64,000 nt of DNA from a virus. Lineage: Duplodnaviria > Caudoviricetes. The stretch is taken from the IMG/VR virus record IMGVR_UViG_3300013936_000015, positions 32,001-96,000 of that record; one strand, 5' to 3'. Positions 1 through 11,600 of this stretch are shown piece after piece. Under the pieces are notes generated by a model that saw only the letters and a list, made by a program, of their open reading frames with translations, was not told the DNA's origin and did no database searches. Position 1 is the first letter of the stretch. The number at the start of each line of letters is the position of its first letter. The position numbers and the translations under genes are program-made.

Positions 1-744
1 GAGCTTACAGAAATACTTAATAAGTATTATTTACAAAATGAACCCTGTACAACAGAAATTAATATAAATAGTATTACTTCCCAAATGGTGTACGTACAGG
101 GTGGCACATTCATGATGGGTGCCACTTCCGAGCAAGGCTGCGCTGCCTATTCTGATGAGAAGCCTGCCCACAGGGTGACGCTCAGCGGATTCTATATCGG
201 GAAGTATGAGGTCACGCAGTCGCTTTGGCGTGCCGTGATGTGCTACAACCCCTCAAGATTCAAGGGTGACAACCTTCCCGTAGAGATGGTAAGTTGGGAC
301 GATTGCCAGCAATTCATCAAGAAACTGAACGCCCTTACGGGGAAGAGCTTCCGCCTGCCTACCGAAGCAGAGTGGGAGTATGCTGCACGAGGCGGCAACC
401 AAAGCCGGCACTTTCAGTACAGCGGCAGCGACAATTTGGACGATGTGGCATGGTATTATGACAACAGTAACAAGAAAACACACCCCGTAGGGACGAAGCA
501 ACCAAACGAGTTGGGACTGTATGACATGAGCGGCAACGTATGGGAATGGTGTCAGGACTGGTATGGCAGCTACAGCAGCGATGCCAAAACCGATCCCAAG
601 GGACCTTCTAATGGGTCTCTCCGCGTGCGTCGGGGCGGCGGCTGGTACAACAATGCCAGGGGCTGCCGGTCGTCGAGTCGTAGCAACACTACTCCCGGCA
701 GCAGCAGCGACGGCCTCGGGCTACGCTTGGCCCTCTCCGAATAA
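1..744 (+). CDS. FGE-sulfatase (SUMF1 / C-type-lectin fold) domain protein, 5' partial
   Basis: Motifs GGTFMMG, YEVTQ, RLPTEAEWEYAARGG, PNELGLYDMSGNVWEWCQD and C-terminal RGGGW...GLRL. Frame 1 is open from base 1, so the true start lies upstream of the window. Ends in TAA. Confidence 0.9.
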   Translation, partial: ELTEILNKYYLQNEPCTTEININSITSQMVYVQGGTFMMGATSEQGCAAYSDEKPAHRVTLSGFYIGKYEVTQSLWRAVMCYNPSRFKGDNLPVEMVSWDDCQQFIKKLNALTGKSFRLPTEAEWEYAARGGNQSRHFQYSGSDNLDDVAWYYDNSNKKTHPVGTKQPNELGLYDMSGNVWEWCQDWYGSYSSDAKTDPKGPSNGSLRVRRGGGWYNNARGCRSSSRSNTTPGSSSDGLGLRLALSE

Positions 745-791
745 TAAATTAAAATAATAAATTAAAGTTAATCTTTTAAATATAAAAATAT

Positions 792-1019
792 ATGGAAAAG
801 TTTCAAGAGAATATGTGTAATGAATATCATGAGTTGAAATATCGAATGGGTAAACTGGCTGAAGCTCTTTCTTCTAAAGAGTTTAAAGCGAAAGTTGGTA
901 ATAAACAATATGAATTATTAGAAAAACAAGCTGAAGCTATGGGAAAGTATTTTCATTATCTATCACTGCGTTTAGAAGATATGGGATTGCTTACAGACCC
1001 AGAAGATTATGGAGTATAA
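792..1019 (+). CDS. Small helical phage protein, resembling the crAss001_48-like family
   Basis: Pattern EY.ELK.R..KL...L....F......QY.LL.KQ..AM..Y...L..RL, recognised from memory. ATG start, TAA stop. Confidence 0.6.
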   Translation: MEKFQENMCNEYHELKYRMGKLAEALSSKEFKAKVGNKQYELLEKQAEAMGKYFHYLSLRLEDMGLLTDPEDYGV

Positions 1020-1096
1020 TAAAATGTGATAATCTTTATAAATGTAATTATCACTACCGTAAAGATATTAATATAGAAATTACTGAATGAAGTGAC

Positions 1097-1132
1097 AGAG
1101 AAGGGTTTGATAATATTAAATCCTTCTCTTTT
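1097..1132 (+). terminator. Intrinsic terminator
   Basis: AGAGAAGGGTTTGA...TTAAATCCTTCTCT hairpin followed by a T-run, downstream of 792..1019. Confidence 0.6.
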
Positions 1133-1176
1133 ACTTATGAGAAGTTAGATATAATTAATTATAAAAAAAATAAAGA

Positions 1177-1506
1177 ATGAAGAAGTTAGTTATTGGCCTT
1201 GATAAGGTATTACATTTTATATCCTGTTTAATTATTACAGCTGTTGTTTTTGCTGGATTATATTTTACAGGACTATCTAATATTCTTTGTGTACTTGGTG
1301 GATTTATAGCAGCAATGATTGCAGGATTTGCAAAAGAGTTTTATGATAAGAAAAGAGGAGAAATATTTGATTGGAAAGATATTATTGCAGATTTTACTGG
1401 TGCAGCAATATCATCAATTATTCTAATTGATATACCTCTATTAACCGCAATAGTGGTATGTGTATTCTCTCTGTTTATATTAACATGTGTGGAAATAGAA
1501 TCATAA
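1177..1506 (+). CDS. Small membrane protein (VanZ-like pattern)
   Basis: DKVLHF...KEFYD...FDWKDIIADFTG with hydrophobic helices. Confidence 0.6.
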   Translation: MKKLVIGLDKVLHFISCLIITAVVFAGLYFTGLSNILCVLGGFIAAMIAGFAKEFYDKKRGEIFDWKDIIADFTGAAISSIILIDIPLLTAIVVCVFSLFILTCVEIES

Positions 1507-1691
1507 AAGGAATAAAAAATGTTGCATTATATCTACTAGCATTTATACTGTCTGTCATATCAGTTATTTCTGTTATAATAATAACACCTATAATATTAAT
1601 AATATTGTTTATAACAGATTTATTATATTCTGATTATGTATTAATTGTTATATTTTTAATAATGTTAATTGTCTACTGTTTAAGTTTATGA
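1458..1691 (+). CDS. Small hydrophobic hypothetical protein
   Basis: Two TM-like segments; its TGA stop overlaps the next ATG (ATGA). Confidence 0.4.
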   Translation: MCILSVYINMCGNRIIKGIKNVALYLLAFILSVISVISVIIITPIILIILFITDLLYSDYVLIVIFLIMLIVYCLSL

Positions 1692-2374
1692 AAATATGTG
1701 CATTAAGTGATTTACATGGAAATTTACCTCCTGTAGAATATACTAATTTAGATTGTCTGTTCATATGTGGAGATATTGTTCCGTTAGAAATTCAATTTAA
1801 ATATACTGAAGTATTTAATTGGGTTATAAAATATTTTATTCCTTGGTGTAAAAATATTGATGTAGATAAAATATTCTTAATTGGAGGAAATCACGATTGT
1901 CCATTTGAAAATAATAGTAAAAAACTAAAGAATATTTTTAGTAATACTAATATTATTTATTTGAATAATGAAAGTGTAGAATATACTAAGGATGATAAGA
2001 CTTGGGTAATATTTGGTTCCCCTGACTGCCACATATTCGGAAATTGGGCGTTTATGTACGATGAGGTAAAAGAATATAATGATTTTAATAAAATGCCAGA
2101 AAATTGTGATATCCTATTAACTCATGATGCAGCTTATAATAGGAGTGATATGATTTTACAGGATGTCCCTTGGAATAAACACGAACATATTGGAAACATA
2201 GAATTAGAGAAAGTATTATTGGAAAGAAAGAGGCCTCCTAAATATCATTTCTTTGGCCATTTACATACGTGTGAACATAATTTAGTAGAATATAATGGGA
2301 CACAGACAGCGTGTGTTAGTTTATTAGATGAGAATTATGACATGGTTTATAGACCATTAGTATTAAATATTTAA
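1688..2374 (+). CDS. Calcineurin-like metallophosphoesterase
   Basis: SDLHG, CGD, GGNHD, LLTH and FGHLH motifs. Confidence 0.92.
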   Translation: MKICALSDLHGNLPPVEYTNLDCLFICGDIVPLEIQFKYTEVFNWVIKYFIPWCKNIDVDKIFLIGGNHDCPFENNSKKLKNIFSNTNIIYLNNESVEYTKDDKTWVIFGSPDCHIFGNWAFMYDEVKEYNDFNKMPENCDILLTHDAAYNRSDMILQDVPWNKHEHIGNIELEKVLLERKRPPKYHFFGHLHTCEHNLVEYNGTQTACVSLLDENYDMVYRPLVLNI

Positions 2375-2377
2375 AAT

Positions 2378-2421
2378 TAAGGGGATGGATCTAGTATTTA
2401 GGTTCATCCCCTTATTTTTTT
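2378..2421 (+). terminator. Intrinsic terminator at the convergence of the plus- and minus-strand modules
   Basis: TAAGGGGATGGATCTA...TAGGTTCATCCCCTTA followed by a T-run. Confidence 0.75.
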
Positions 2422-2429
2422 ATACAAAC

Positions 2430-2472
2430 AAGCCCCTTAGTGACCTTTTTGGTTGCTAAGGGGCTTATTTTT
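2430..2472. terminator. Second hairpin at the convergence point
   Basis: AAGCCCCTTAGTGACC...GGTTGCTAAGGGGCTT, immediately past the stop of the last minus-strand gene. Confidence 0.7.
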
Positions 2473-5400
2473 TTATTCTTCTTCTTGTGGAATTATATAC
2501 CCACCATCGGGGGCTAAATATGTAAATATTGGTTTCATCTCTTTTGCAGCCGTAAATGAATTTACAGCTGCATTATAAAAGGATTTATCACCAAAAGCTA
2601 CACTTCCTACAGAAGAGGCTAAATTAGTTACAGTAGTTATAGCAAATGGGTTCCAATCAGTAACAACAGAACCTATAGAATTAGCAGCATTAAAATCAGA
2701 TGCTGCATATGTCCACGACTTGGTAAGATTATTAGTAAGTGCTGCCAATGCTGCATCAGAAAACTCTCCACTATCTTTTGCTCTCTTAATCATATCTTTA
2801 TTAAGAGAAGTAAAAAGACCACCTAAAAGTGAACCAAGTAACAAGGTGGCGAGAAGATCTATCCAAAGCTGTTTTATATTCTATTTATATCGAAGTCTCA
2901 TATTTGGATCAAGATTACTCATAAATTTATTATATCCAGTAACCCAAGTATATGGATTATTCCATTCTACTTCATCATCATTATATAGAGCTCTAAATGT
3001 CTTACCAATAGTAAGGACAATACCTTCTTCCCACAAACCTTTCCACTATGTAAAAGGAATCTTCATCTATTTATTTTTAAGTTGATCTTCTGTTACAGGA
3101 GGAACACTTCTATCCAAGTTACCATCTTCATCTGTTTGATAAAATAGTGGATTACCATTTGCATCAGTCATTTGTTCCCATTTTCCTTGAATTTTCACAC
3201 CACCTTTCTGGAAATATTGATTCTTCTTGGAAGTCCAATATGTTCTCATCTGCATGAACAGACTTCCTAAGAAAGAAGCATGAATCAAGGATTTGTTCTC
3301 ATGAGTATAATAACCATAAATTGTATCAGTAAGATTCTTCATGGATTCTATATCTTGACTAGTATATGCCATCGGTAGGGGCTGTCCAAATTGAAATTTA
3401 GAGCCATCTGGATTAGTAGCACCTTCCCTAATAAACTGTTCAGCTATGGCAATGTATAAGGCTTCCTGCTTATGATATTCTTCAAGATTAGATTTATCTC
3501 CTTTACTGTATAAACTGAATCTTGCATCTTTTTTAAAATCATAGACTAATTTCTTATCTTTTACAGTAAAAGCATCATAAGTACCTTCGTGTTTCATTTT
3601 AGCTACTATAATTGTCCATCGGTTATAGAAGTCAGGACGGGATACAAATTTCATTGCTATCTCATTAAGATTATTAAATCCGTGCTTATCAGTTCTTAAT
3701 TTCTAAGCATATAGATTCATATCCATATCATTAACACCCATCCACTCATTCATTAACTATAGTTTAGTAGGATCATCAGAGAAATGCATCATCTCTTTTT
3801 CTACTTCAACAAAAGCATCTTTCATATTCTTAAAAGTAAATGCCTATGTGCCGTCTGGTTTTCTTATAATTAAAGATATATCATTCCACAATCCTTGTAA
3901 TTTTTGCCCTATCCATTGTACTGGCCGGAAAGCAAGTGCCATAAAGCTGGCAGCCTATCTTATTCTAGAAGAAGTTTCTCTTACTCCTTTAGCCGTGTCA
4001 GAATTACCTAACATAGGATCATTTTCAAGAGGCTGATTTTTAATTCTAGATCTTAGATAATCTTCGTAGTATTCTACATCATTAACAAATTTAGTATTCT
4101 ATGTAGCACCCATATTAATCAAATATGCCATACCTGCTTTTACAGTAGGCATAATCTAATCAATATGTTTTTTTGTAGAATAAGCAACCATATGTTTGAA
4201 CAATAAATCTTCTAGATTCTATTCAAAATAAGCAGTGCCATATTGTTTTATAATATCCAGACGATGCTATAAGTTTGTACCATCAGAATCTGGTTCTGTA
4301 CTATCAAATATTGTATTTAATTGATACAATTGCTCTGCTGCCTCATAATTATTAGAAGAATCAAATGCACCTTCAAACTTAGCACGCAATTCCTTTAAGG
4401 CATTCTTAGGACTAAGTGCTTTAAATGTTTCTTTCACAGAGTTCCATAAAGAAATCTAATAGTCTTCAAATTGCCCTTCTTCGTTAATTTTCTTTTTTAC
4501 ACCAGCATTTCTTTGATTTGTCCTACTTGCCATACATAAAGGAACACGATAATATCTTATATCGTTATTCTATTTCATTCTTTCTAATTCAGAATCAGTA
4601 TAATTCCATCTGTCCTTATTGATAACATCCAGAGCAAATTCAAGAAACTTTTTCTCTTCACCATGTAAATCATTAATATATTTGAATCTAAAATCACCAT
4701 CTGGAGTTAGCTCAAACATATTATTATACAACTAAGTATCATTCTAAACTGTAGAAGTAAGATAGCCGTAATTTTTTTCTTTCTTTAGTCTTTCAAGATG
4801 CATTCTTGTTTTACTAACAATGTCTCTAGCATCATCTCTTACTCCCTAAAGAGCAATCTTATGAACTTTTGTAATACTATTGAGAATATTAGAAATAAGG
4901 TTTCCGGGGTTATCTGTCTATGTACCATGTATACCGGTATTTAGGAAAGAATTGATACTTAATCCACCTTCTAACCATTTAGCAGATTCTTTTAGTTGCT
5001 GTTTATATTGAAACCCTTGTAACTCTCCAATTTCAATAAGACAATTATAATAAAATCTATAAATTTCTGAATCAAGAGTGCCAGCATTTATCTAAGTTTC
5101 AGTAAGCTGCTTAATATTATAGTCTTTTTCTAATTGTTTTATAATAGTAGTAAGAAGATTAATTTTAGACTACACATTAACATTGTCTTCTGCCATCTCC
5201 TAAATCTAATTGGAACATTTATTATAAACATCCTATTGGTTAAGTTTATATGGAGATTGGTTAGATATTAATTCTGCCAATTGGTTTTTAAGAAGCTGCC
5301 ATCTTGTACCAAATTTTATAACCCCAGATTGAATATTATCATCCCCTTCAAGAGGTGCATATTCTTTCAATCTATTTAGAGAATATAAAATTTGTTCATT

Positions 5401-7542
5401 AGAAGCATCAACACCTTGGCCAGTATAGGGGTTAATAACAATCATATTACCTACTACTGCAGTATTATAAGAACCTGAAAACATCCCCGGCATCTAATTT
5501 AAGAATAATGCTGCTTCTATAAGTTCTCTGTTACCATTAGCATCTTCCAACATTTTAGAATCCTAAATAGTTTGTTCTACAGAGTCACTTTTGAAATTTC
5601 TGGTAAGTAATACATTTCCATCCTTTGTACTTTTGATATATTTAGGATTAGAAGTCGTTAATTTAATTACATCTACTTGATTAGTAATTTTATTTCTAAT
5701 CATTACAATACCAAACAGTTTTGCTGTTTCAGAATTAATTACTTCCCAATCTCTATTACAATATCTACTCAGATAGTTTTTAAACCATTCTTGAATACCA
5801 TTTTTATCAGCAAGATGTCGTGTATTAATACTGTCAATGAATGCTTGAATATTAGTAGTATTATTTTTCTATCCATAAGTAAGAGCTTTTATCACATGAG
5901 AAGCAAGATTTGGTTTTGATTTAGCTCTCTTCTCTCTTATTTCCAATACTTTCTATACAAGCCCTTCTGGGTCTGTATCTACAATATCTTTGCCATAAGA
6001 ACCCTTATAGTGATATAGATTATCAGATTTCTTTTCAAAACATCCCTATTCTTCTAAAGTCTTTCTTACCTCTTCCTCATCAGTACTCCTAGAATCAGTA
6101 AATGAAGGAAAGAATTTAGACATTGCGTTCGTAACGTATTCCAATGCTTTATCTGAATCGGCATCTGTAATCTTTTCTTTTGGAAGAAATTCATCAATAT
6201 TATTAATCACCTTACTTGTTCCAGATGCGTCTACTCTATCAATTTCTTTACGAATATCAATAGAATATTCAGAGTTATAATCAATACCATCAAAAGCAAA
6301 TTTTACTTTATCTGGATTAGTAAGAACCATATCCTTATTTTCACATCTAAAATTACTAAATGTGATAGGAACAATTCGTATTACAGAATCATCTGTATTT
6401 AATCCGTGCTTACTAAGGATTCTTGCATATGTAGCTTGTTGATAAAAGAAAGTTCTCTTTTTAGCAGAAGTATATTCTCCGTATTCTTTATCAGAACATT
6501 TATAGTCAAAGATATGTACCCTACCTTTATCATCCACTACTGCAAGGTCAATAATACCCATTAATTTCTTTCCTGAATCTCCTGTTGTATTAATATCAGA
6601 AGTTAATTTTAATTCAGGATAGAAATCAAGATTATCCCCCTCTCCAATAATATTTCTTATATGGTCTTTAAAATTACCTGCAAAATTAATTAATTGACTA
6701 AGCATCTAATCAGTGATCAATCCACTGTGATACTTGTCTCTACCCATCTGAGTTTTAAGCTCTGTTTCTATTTTGTTTCTGATAAAATCAGTAATAGAAG
6801 GGAATTGAATACCATTAATAACTTTAGGAGCTGCCTCCAAATCAAAGACATAATAATAATTACCTTCCCCATCAGTAAGTTCCTCTCCATTAGGGTTAGT
6901 AAGTTTTGAAAAGAATTGCTGCATTACAAAGTGTACAGCAGTTCCTTCTGGATTTATATCCCCCCATTTCTTCAGTATAGACGATTGTAAATTCTTTGCC
7001 TCTGTCTATGTAAGCATTTTAGGTTGCCCATTTCCGGAAAGATTCTTTCTCTGTTCCTCGAAGTTCTTATACATCTCATCGATATTATTGCCATCAGCAA
7101 GGAGTTTTATCTCCTATTCACTAAATCTATCTCTGATACTTTCATTTGGCTTTAAGGGGCTTGTCCATAAAGATAATCTGTTATTCCAGTAAACTTCATC
7201 TCTAAATTCTGGGAATAACAACTCATTATTTCTATTTTTTCTACCTTCTAGATATCTAGTAACACCAATATAAGGAGGTTTTGGATTTAATCTGATTTCT
7301 GAATCTACATTTTCTGCATTCTATATAGCTAGTGTAAATTCTTTCTACAGTCTATTAGCAGCATCTCTTTGTTCTTGGATAATTTTCTCTGCTTTCAAAC
7401 ATTGATTGGATTTTGCATAAACAATATCATTTTTAAATCCCTCAAATAATTTCTTTTTTATTAGGTATTCATCCAGCTATATTTCATTATCAAATTGAAA
7501 TGTATTACCGTCTAAAGTAAGTGTGAATCTACATGTATTCAT
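2473..7542 (-). CDS. Giant putative virion cargo protein (~1689 aa, TAG=Gln) with a PD-(D/E)XK RecB/AddB-type nuclease domain
   Basis: Fragments starting 6924, 6705, 5493, 3654 and 2844 share one frame with ATG 7542 and are separated by TAG. Ends TAA 2473. Motifs GTAVH, FYPELKL, GIIDLAVVD, IFDYK, YQQATY. Confidence 0.8.
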
Positions 7543-8693
7543 GAGCAATCCTATGTTAATTGATTATTTTCATCTTTTGACTCCATCATCTTCTATTTAT
7601 AGTTTGAAGCAATTCTATTTATCTATGCATCTGTTATACTTCCTTTAAATGAATTATTTAGAATGCTGGAATTAACCATAGCAGCAACCTATTTAAGAGA
7701 AAAATTAAATAACTGTCTATCACTGATAGAACGCACTGAGTAGCTACCATCAAATATAGAATCTAAAACTCTATACATATTGTATTTTAACTAATAGGCG
7801 GTCTCTTTATCATTCTCACAAATAGTCTTAAACACATTATCAGAAGAATCTGTCTATGTAAGATATTCTGTCATACTCTATACCATAAACTCCTCTAATA
7901 AATCTGTTTGTGTTCTATTAGTATAAGATACTCCATTTCCACTTTCTGCCCAAGTCTAAAAAGCAGAAGATAATCTATCATTAGATGCAATAGTACCAAG
8001 AAGATTTTCATATAAACTTCTATTAGTAGATTTAACGGAACCTAAAATAAGATGCATAAACTCGTGCAATGCTATTTTATCTGGATTGTCTACAGTAGTA
8101 CCATCAGATCCTTTAGTCTTTACATAGATATTTCCATTGTATATAAATCCCATTGCATTGAAATCAATATCAGATGTATTGGGAAGCATTTTTCTTAAAT
8201 CGTCTTCAGTAGCATAATAAACATTAATACCATATAAATCTTGTAGTTTACCTACCATCTCTCTTAGTAACTCTTGTGTATCTATTTGAGAGTCCTATAT
8301 TTCTATATTTGGATTAATAGAAGATACAATGGAAGGTCTTTTTTTAATATTAAGAGAATATCTGTCCCCATATTCTCTTCCTTCTATTTCAAGATCTCTA
8401 TACTAATCATTTAATGTAATTATTGCATCTTGAAAACTATTCTAACTAGAATCTAATTGTAAAAAATTAAATAAATCTGATTTCTATCCAGTTTTTCCTT
8501 TCGCCAATTTTAATTGCTTTCTTAGATAGGGTTCAGAGTTTGCACCATCTAATTCATCTAATTGAGGAAGTTTGCCATCATGTATTGTAAAATAATGACG
8601 GAGCTGGCTTTTTAATTCAAAATCGGGAAGCCCAGACTTAGCTTGTAAGTCTTGGACTTGCCCGTCTAATTGTGGGTCTATACACCTTAACAT
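7539..8693 (-). CDS. Zincin-like (HExxH) metallopeptidase-domain protein (~384 aa, TAG=Gln)
   Basis: GFIYNGNIYV...IALHEFMHLILG. Fragments 8693 and 8258 are in frame. The TGA stop overlaps the next ATG. Confidence 0.75.
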
Positions 8694-11600
8694 ATATCTG
8701 AAAGTAATGTTATTAGTTTGTCAATAAACTTCTTATAATTATATTTATACATAGGTTCACCACTACTTCTATTTATTGTTACTTCTGGTTTTATATGAGT
8801 AAAATATGAAGCATAACTATTATATCTCTTATCTTTTAAGAAGTCAATAGGCTTCCCATTCACTTCTACACGTAGCACAGTACCCTATTTAGTTATAAAT
8901 TTGATAGAGTTAATTGGTTTTTCTACAATTTTACCATTCTCCTCTGTTTGATAAGATTTAGCATATTCTGGCAATCCTTCTTGTTTCTAATCTTCATCAG
9001 GATTGGCATAATATGTCTTTTCAAAATTTCCATAATCTACAGAAGTATAATAATTAGAATATTCTTCTGAATTAGGAATTAAAGGATTCTAAGGAGTACG
9101 ATTTCTTACTACAGTTCTACCTTCAGGAGTATTTCTAATGAAAATATCATTATTAGGGTTAGATACAGCTATCTAAGACATCATATCATCTATCTTAAAT
9201 GTAGAATCAGTTTTCACAAAATAATCCTAATCTAATTGGTTGATATAATTATAGTAATCCTCAATCAATGGATGATTCATACTATTTTTAAAGATATTTG
9301 TCAATGCTGTTTCTCCTGTTTTATTCTAATAACAAATAGCGTTATATAAGAAGAATAAGCTTGTTAAATCTGTGCCATCATATTCATAATTTTGTAATTT
9401 ATCAAATTCAGAAATATAATAATCAAGTAAATCAGATTCTGCATCAGAACGTGGGGATAGATTAACACCTTTAAGACTATAAGTCGTTAATAGATTACCT
9501 TCTGGTGCTCTATCATATAAAACAGGAATTAATCTCTAAATAAATCCATTATTTTTTAAATCAGAATCTGTAATCTTCTATATCCTACCATTATCGTTCT
9601 GTACAGTATATTTTCCTTTTTTAAGGTCTGGAATAATAACATCTTCCATATACCTCTTAAAAGAAGCTCTACCGCTGGCAGTGCCTAAATGAATAGATAA
9701 CATATCATCTGCATGTAGTGTTGTACCAGTATACGGATCTTCTATTTCTGTATTCTTTCCTATTTTTACATAATTCTTATTATAATCATATACATATTTA
9801 TTTTTAGGAATAAAAATACGTATACCCCTATCATCAAAATAACCAGATTCTAGTAACCATTTCTAAATAAAGAAGTTATCAGTAAATCTGGCAATATTCT
9901 TATATATTTTGGTAGTATCTGCCTTTGTTAATCTACCTGTTGGTCCACTTATCTATCTTAATGCTATTGGACCAAGATAGGCAAGAGTTCTATATTTAGC
10001 AGATACTCCCATATACATATTATGCTACATATCTAATATCTTTAAGTAATTAAAGAAATGGGGTACTCTGGAAAGAATTAAAGGAATATTAAAGTATTGT
10101 TTAAGACTATTTTGCGACTAAATACATTTATCCCTAAAATCTTGATCAGTTAAGAAATAGTGTAATTTGCTGACTCCCGGCTGTACTATATTTTGTGATA
10201 CAGATACATCCTGTGTTATATTCTCTTCTACTTTAGATAATAGAGCTAATGTGTCTGTATCACTAGTATATAACCCCTAATTAATATGAAGAATTTGCCC
10301 TAATATCTTTAATTGTTCTGCTCCTCTACTTAATGTAGTAAGATCCTCCATTAGAGTAGGATTAGGTTTAGAATAAATTCCATTATTCTATGATAAAGAC
10401 ATTTTTATTCTAAATAAAGAAATTAATCTATCAACAGTACGTATATCATTCTACTGTTGTAATCCATTTCTTAAACTGCTTAATTTCGATATAGCATCCT
10501 ATGTACTCTCCATATCAAAAGAATCAATGTTATTTTTTTCGCTTAAAGAAATTTTCGATAATATAGCACGTTGATATGTATTAAATTTTTTAGTAGCCTT
10601 ATTATATGAGGAAATAATACTACTTACAGACCCTCCATTATATCCAGAGAATGAGTCATTAGAAGCTAATTCTGAAATTAAGAATGCAGTTGGAGACATC
10701 ATTATATTCTTCATAGACTCTAATGGGACTCCTAATGACATTCCAAATAACCACATACCCATTGTATTAGTATCACAATTTAATTTAGCTAGAGCAAGCT
10801 CTTTTGCATTATCAGTAGCTAAAGAAAGAATACTTGATAACATTAATACGTAGTCTCGTTGATTTTGAGACTTTACTGTAGATCCATTATAGTCATAAAG
10901 ATTACCAATAGTTTGATATTTCTAATTACCTATTTCAATATTCTTCTAAATCTTTTGTATTAAATTGGTATCCCCAGTTCTTAGAATATCATTATAAGCC
11001 TGTGTAATAGCAAAGAAGGTCTTTAATCCTACAGCAGCAATACCCACTCCCTTCTTTCCAATTTGATTGTTTCTAATAGCATATATATTAGAAATAAAAG
11101 AACCTTGTGTATTTTTAAGTGCTGCAGTTGCCTTTAATGATTCGTTTGCTAATTTTTTAAAAGGTCTAGTAGCTTCATCTACCGAATACTACGCTTCATA
11201 TTGATTTTTAGGATTGTTGATAATACTAAATATATTAGCAACACAGAAATTCTTTACTGCAGCATCATGTATATTTGGATTTTTAATATTATCAAGATAT
11301 GTGTTATATTTATTTGCAAGATTGATGATAAATCTGACCACCTGTCTAGTTGAGGGACTATCCTGATTATAAAAGTTCAATCCTTTTCTCTATATCCAGT
11401 CCATTAACTCATTAAAATTACGAATCTAATTGACATTTTCCAATGATAAATCTATTTTTCCATCGTCTCTTACAAACAAACAAGTCTTATCTCTATTGTT
11501 AGAATCTAAATAATCATATAAATTCAAAAAGCCATTATCAAATCGGGCTTGATATTCATATCTTAGTATTCCATCCGGCTATGGGGATTTCATAGATGCC

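Noticed and set aside
615-744. FGE C-terminus as a second target of this phage's TR
   Set aside because: No nucleotide similarity to 57778-57883; only a loose fold-level GG...G.R resemblance.
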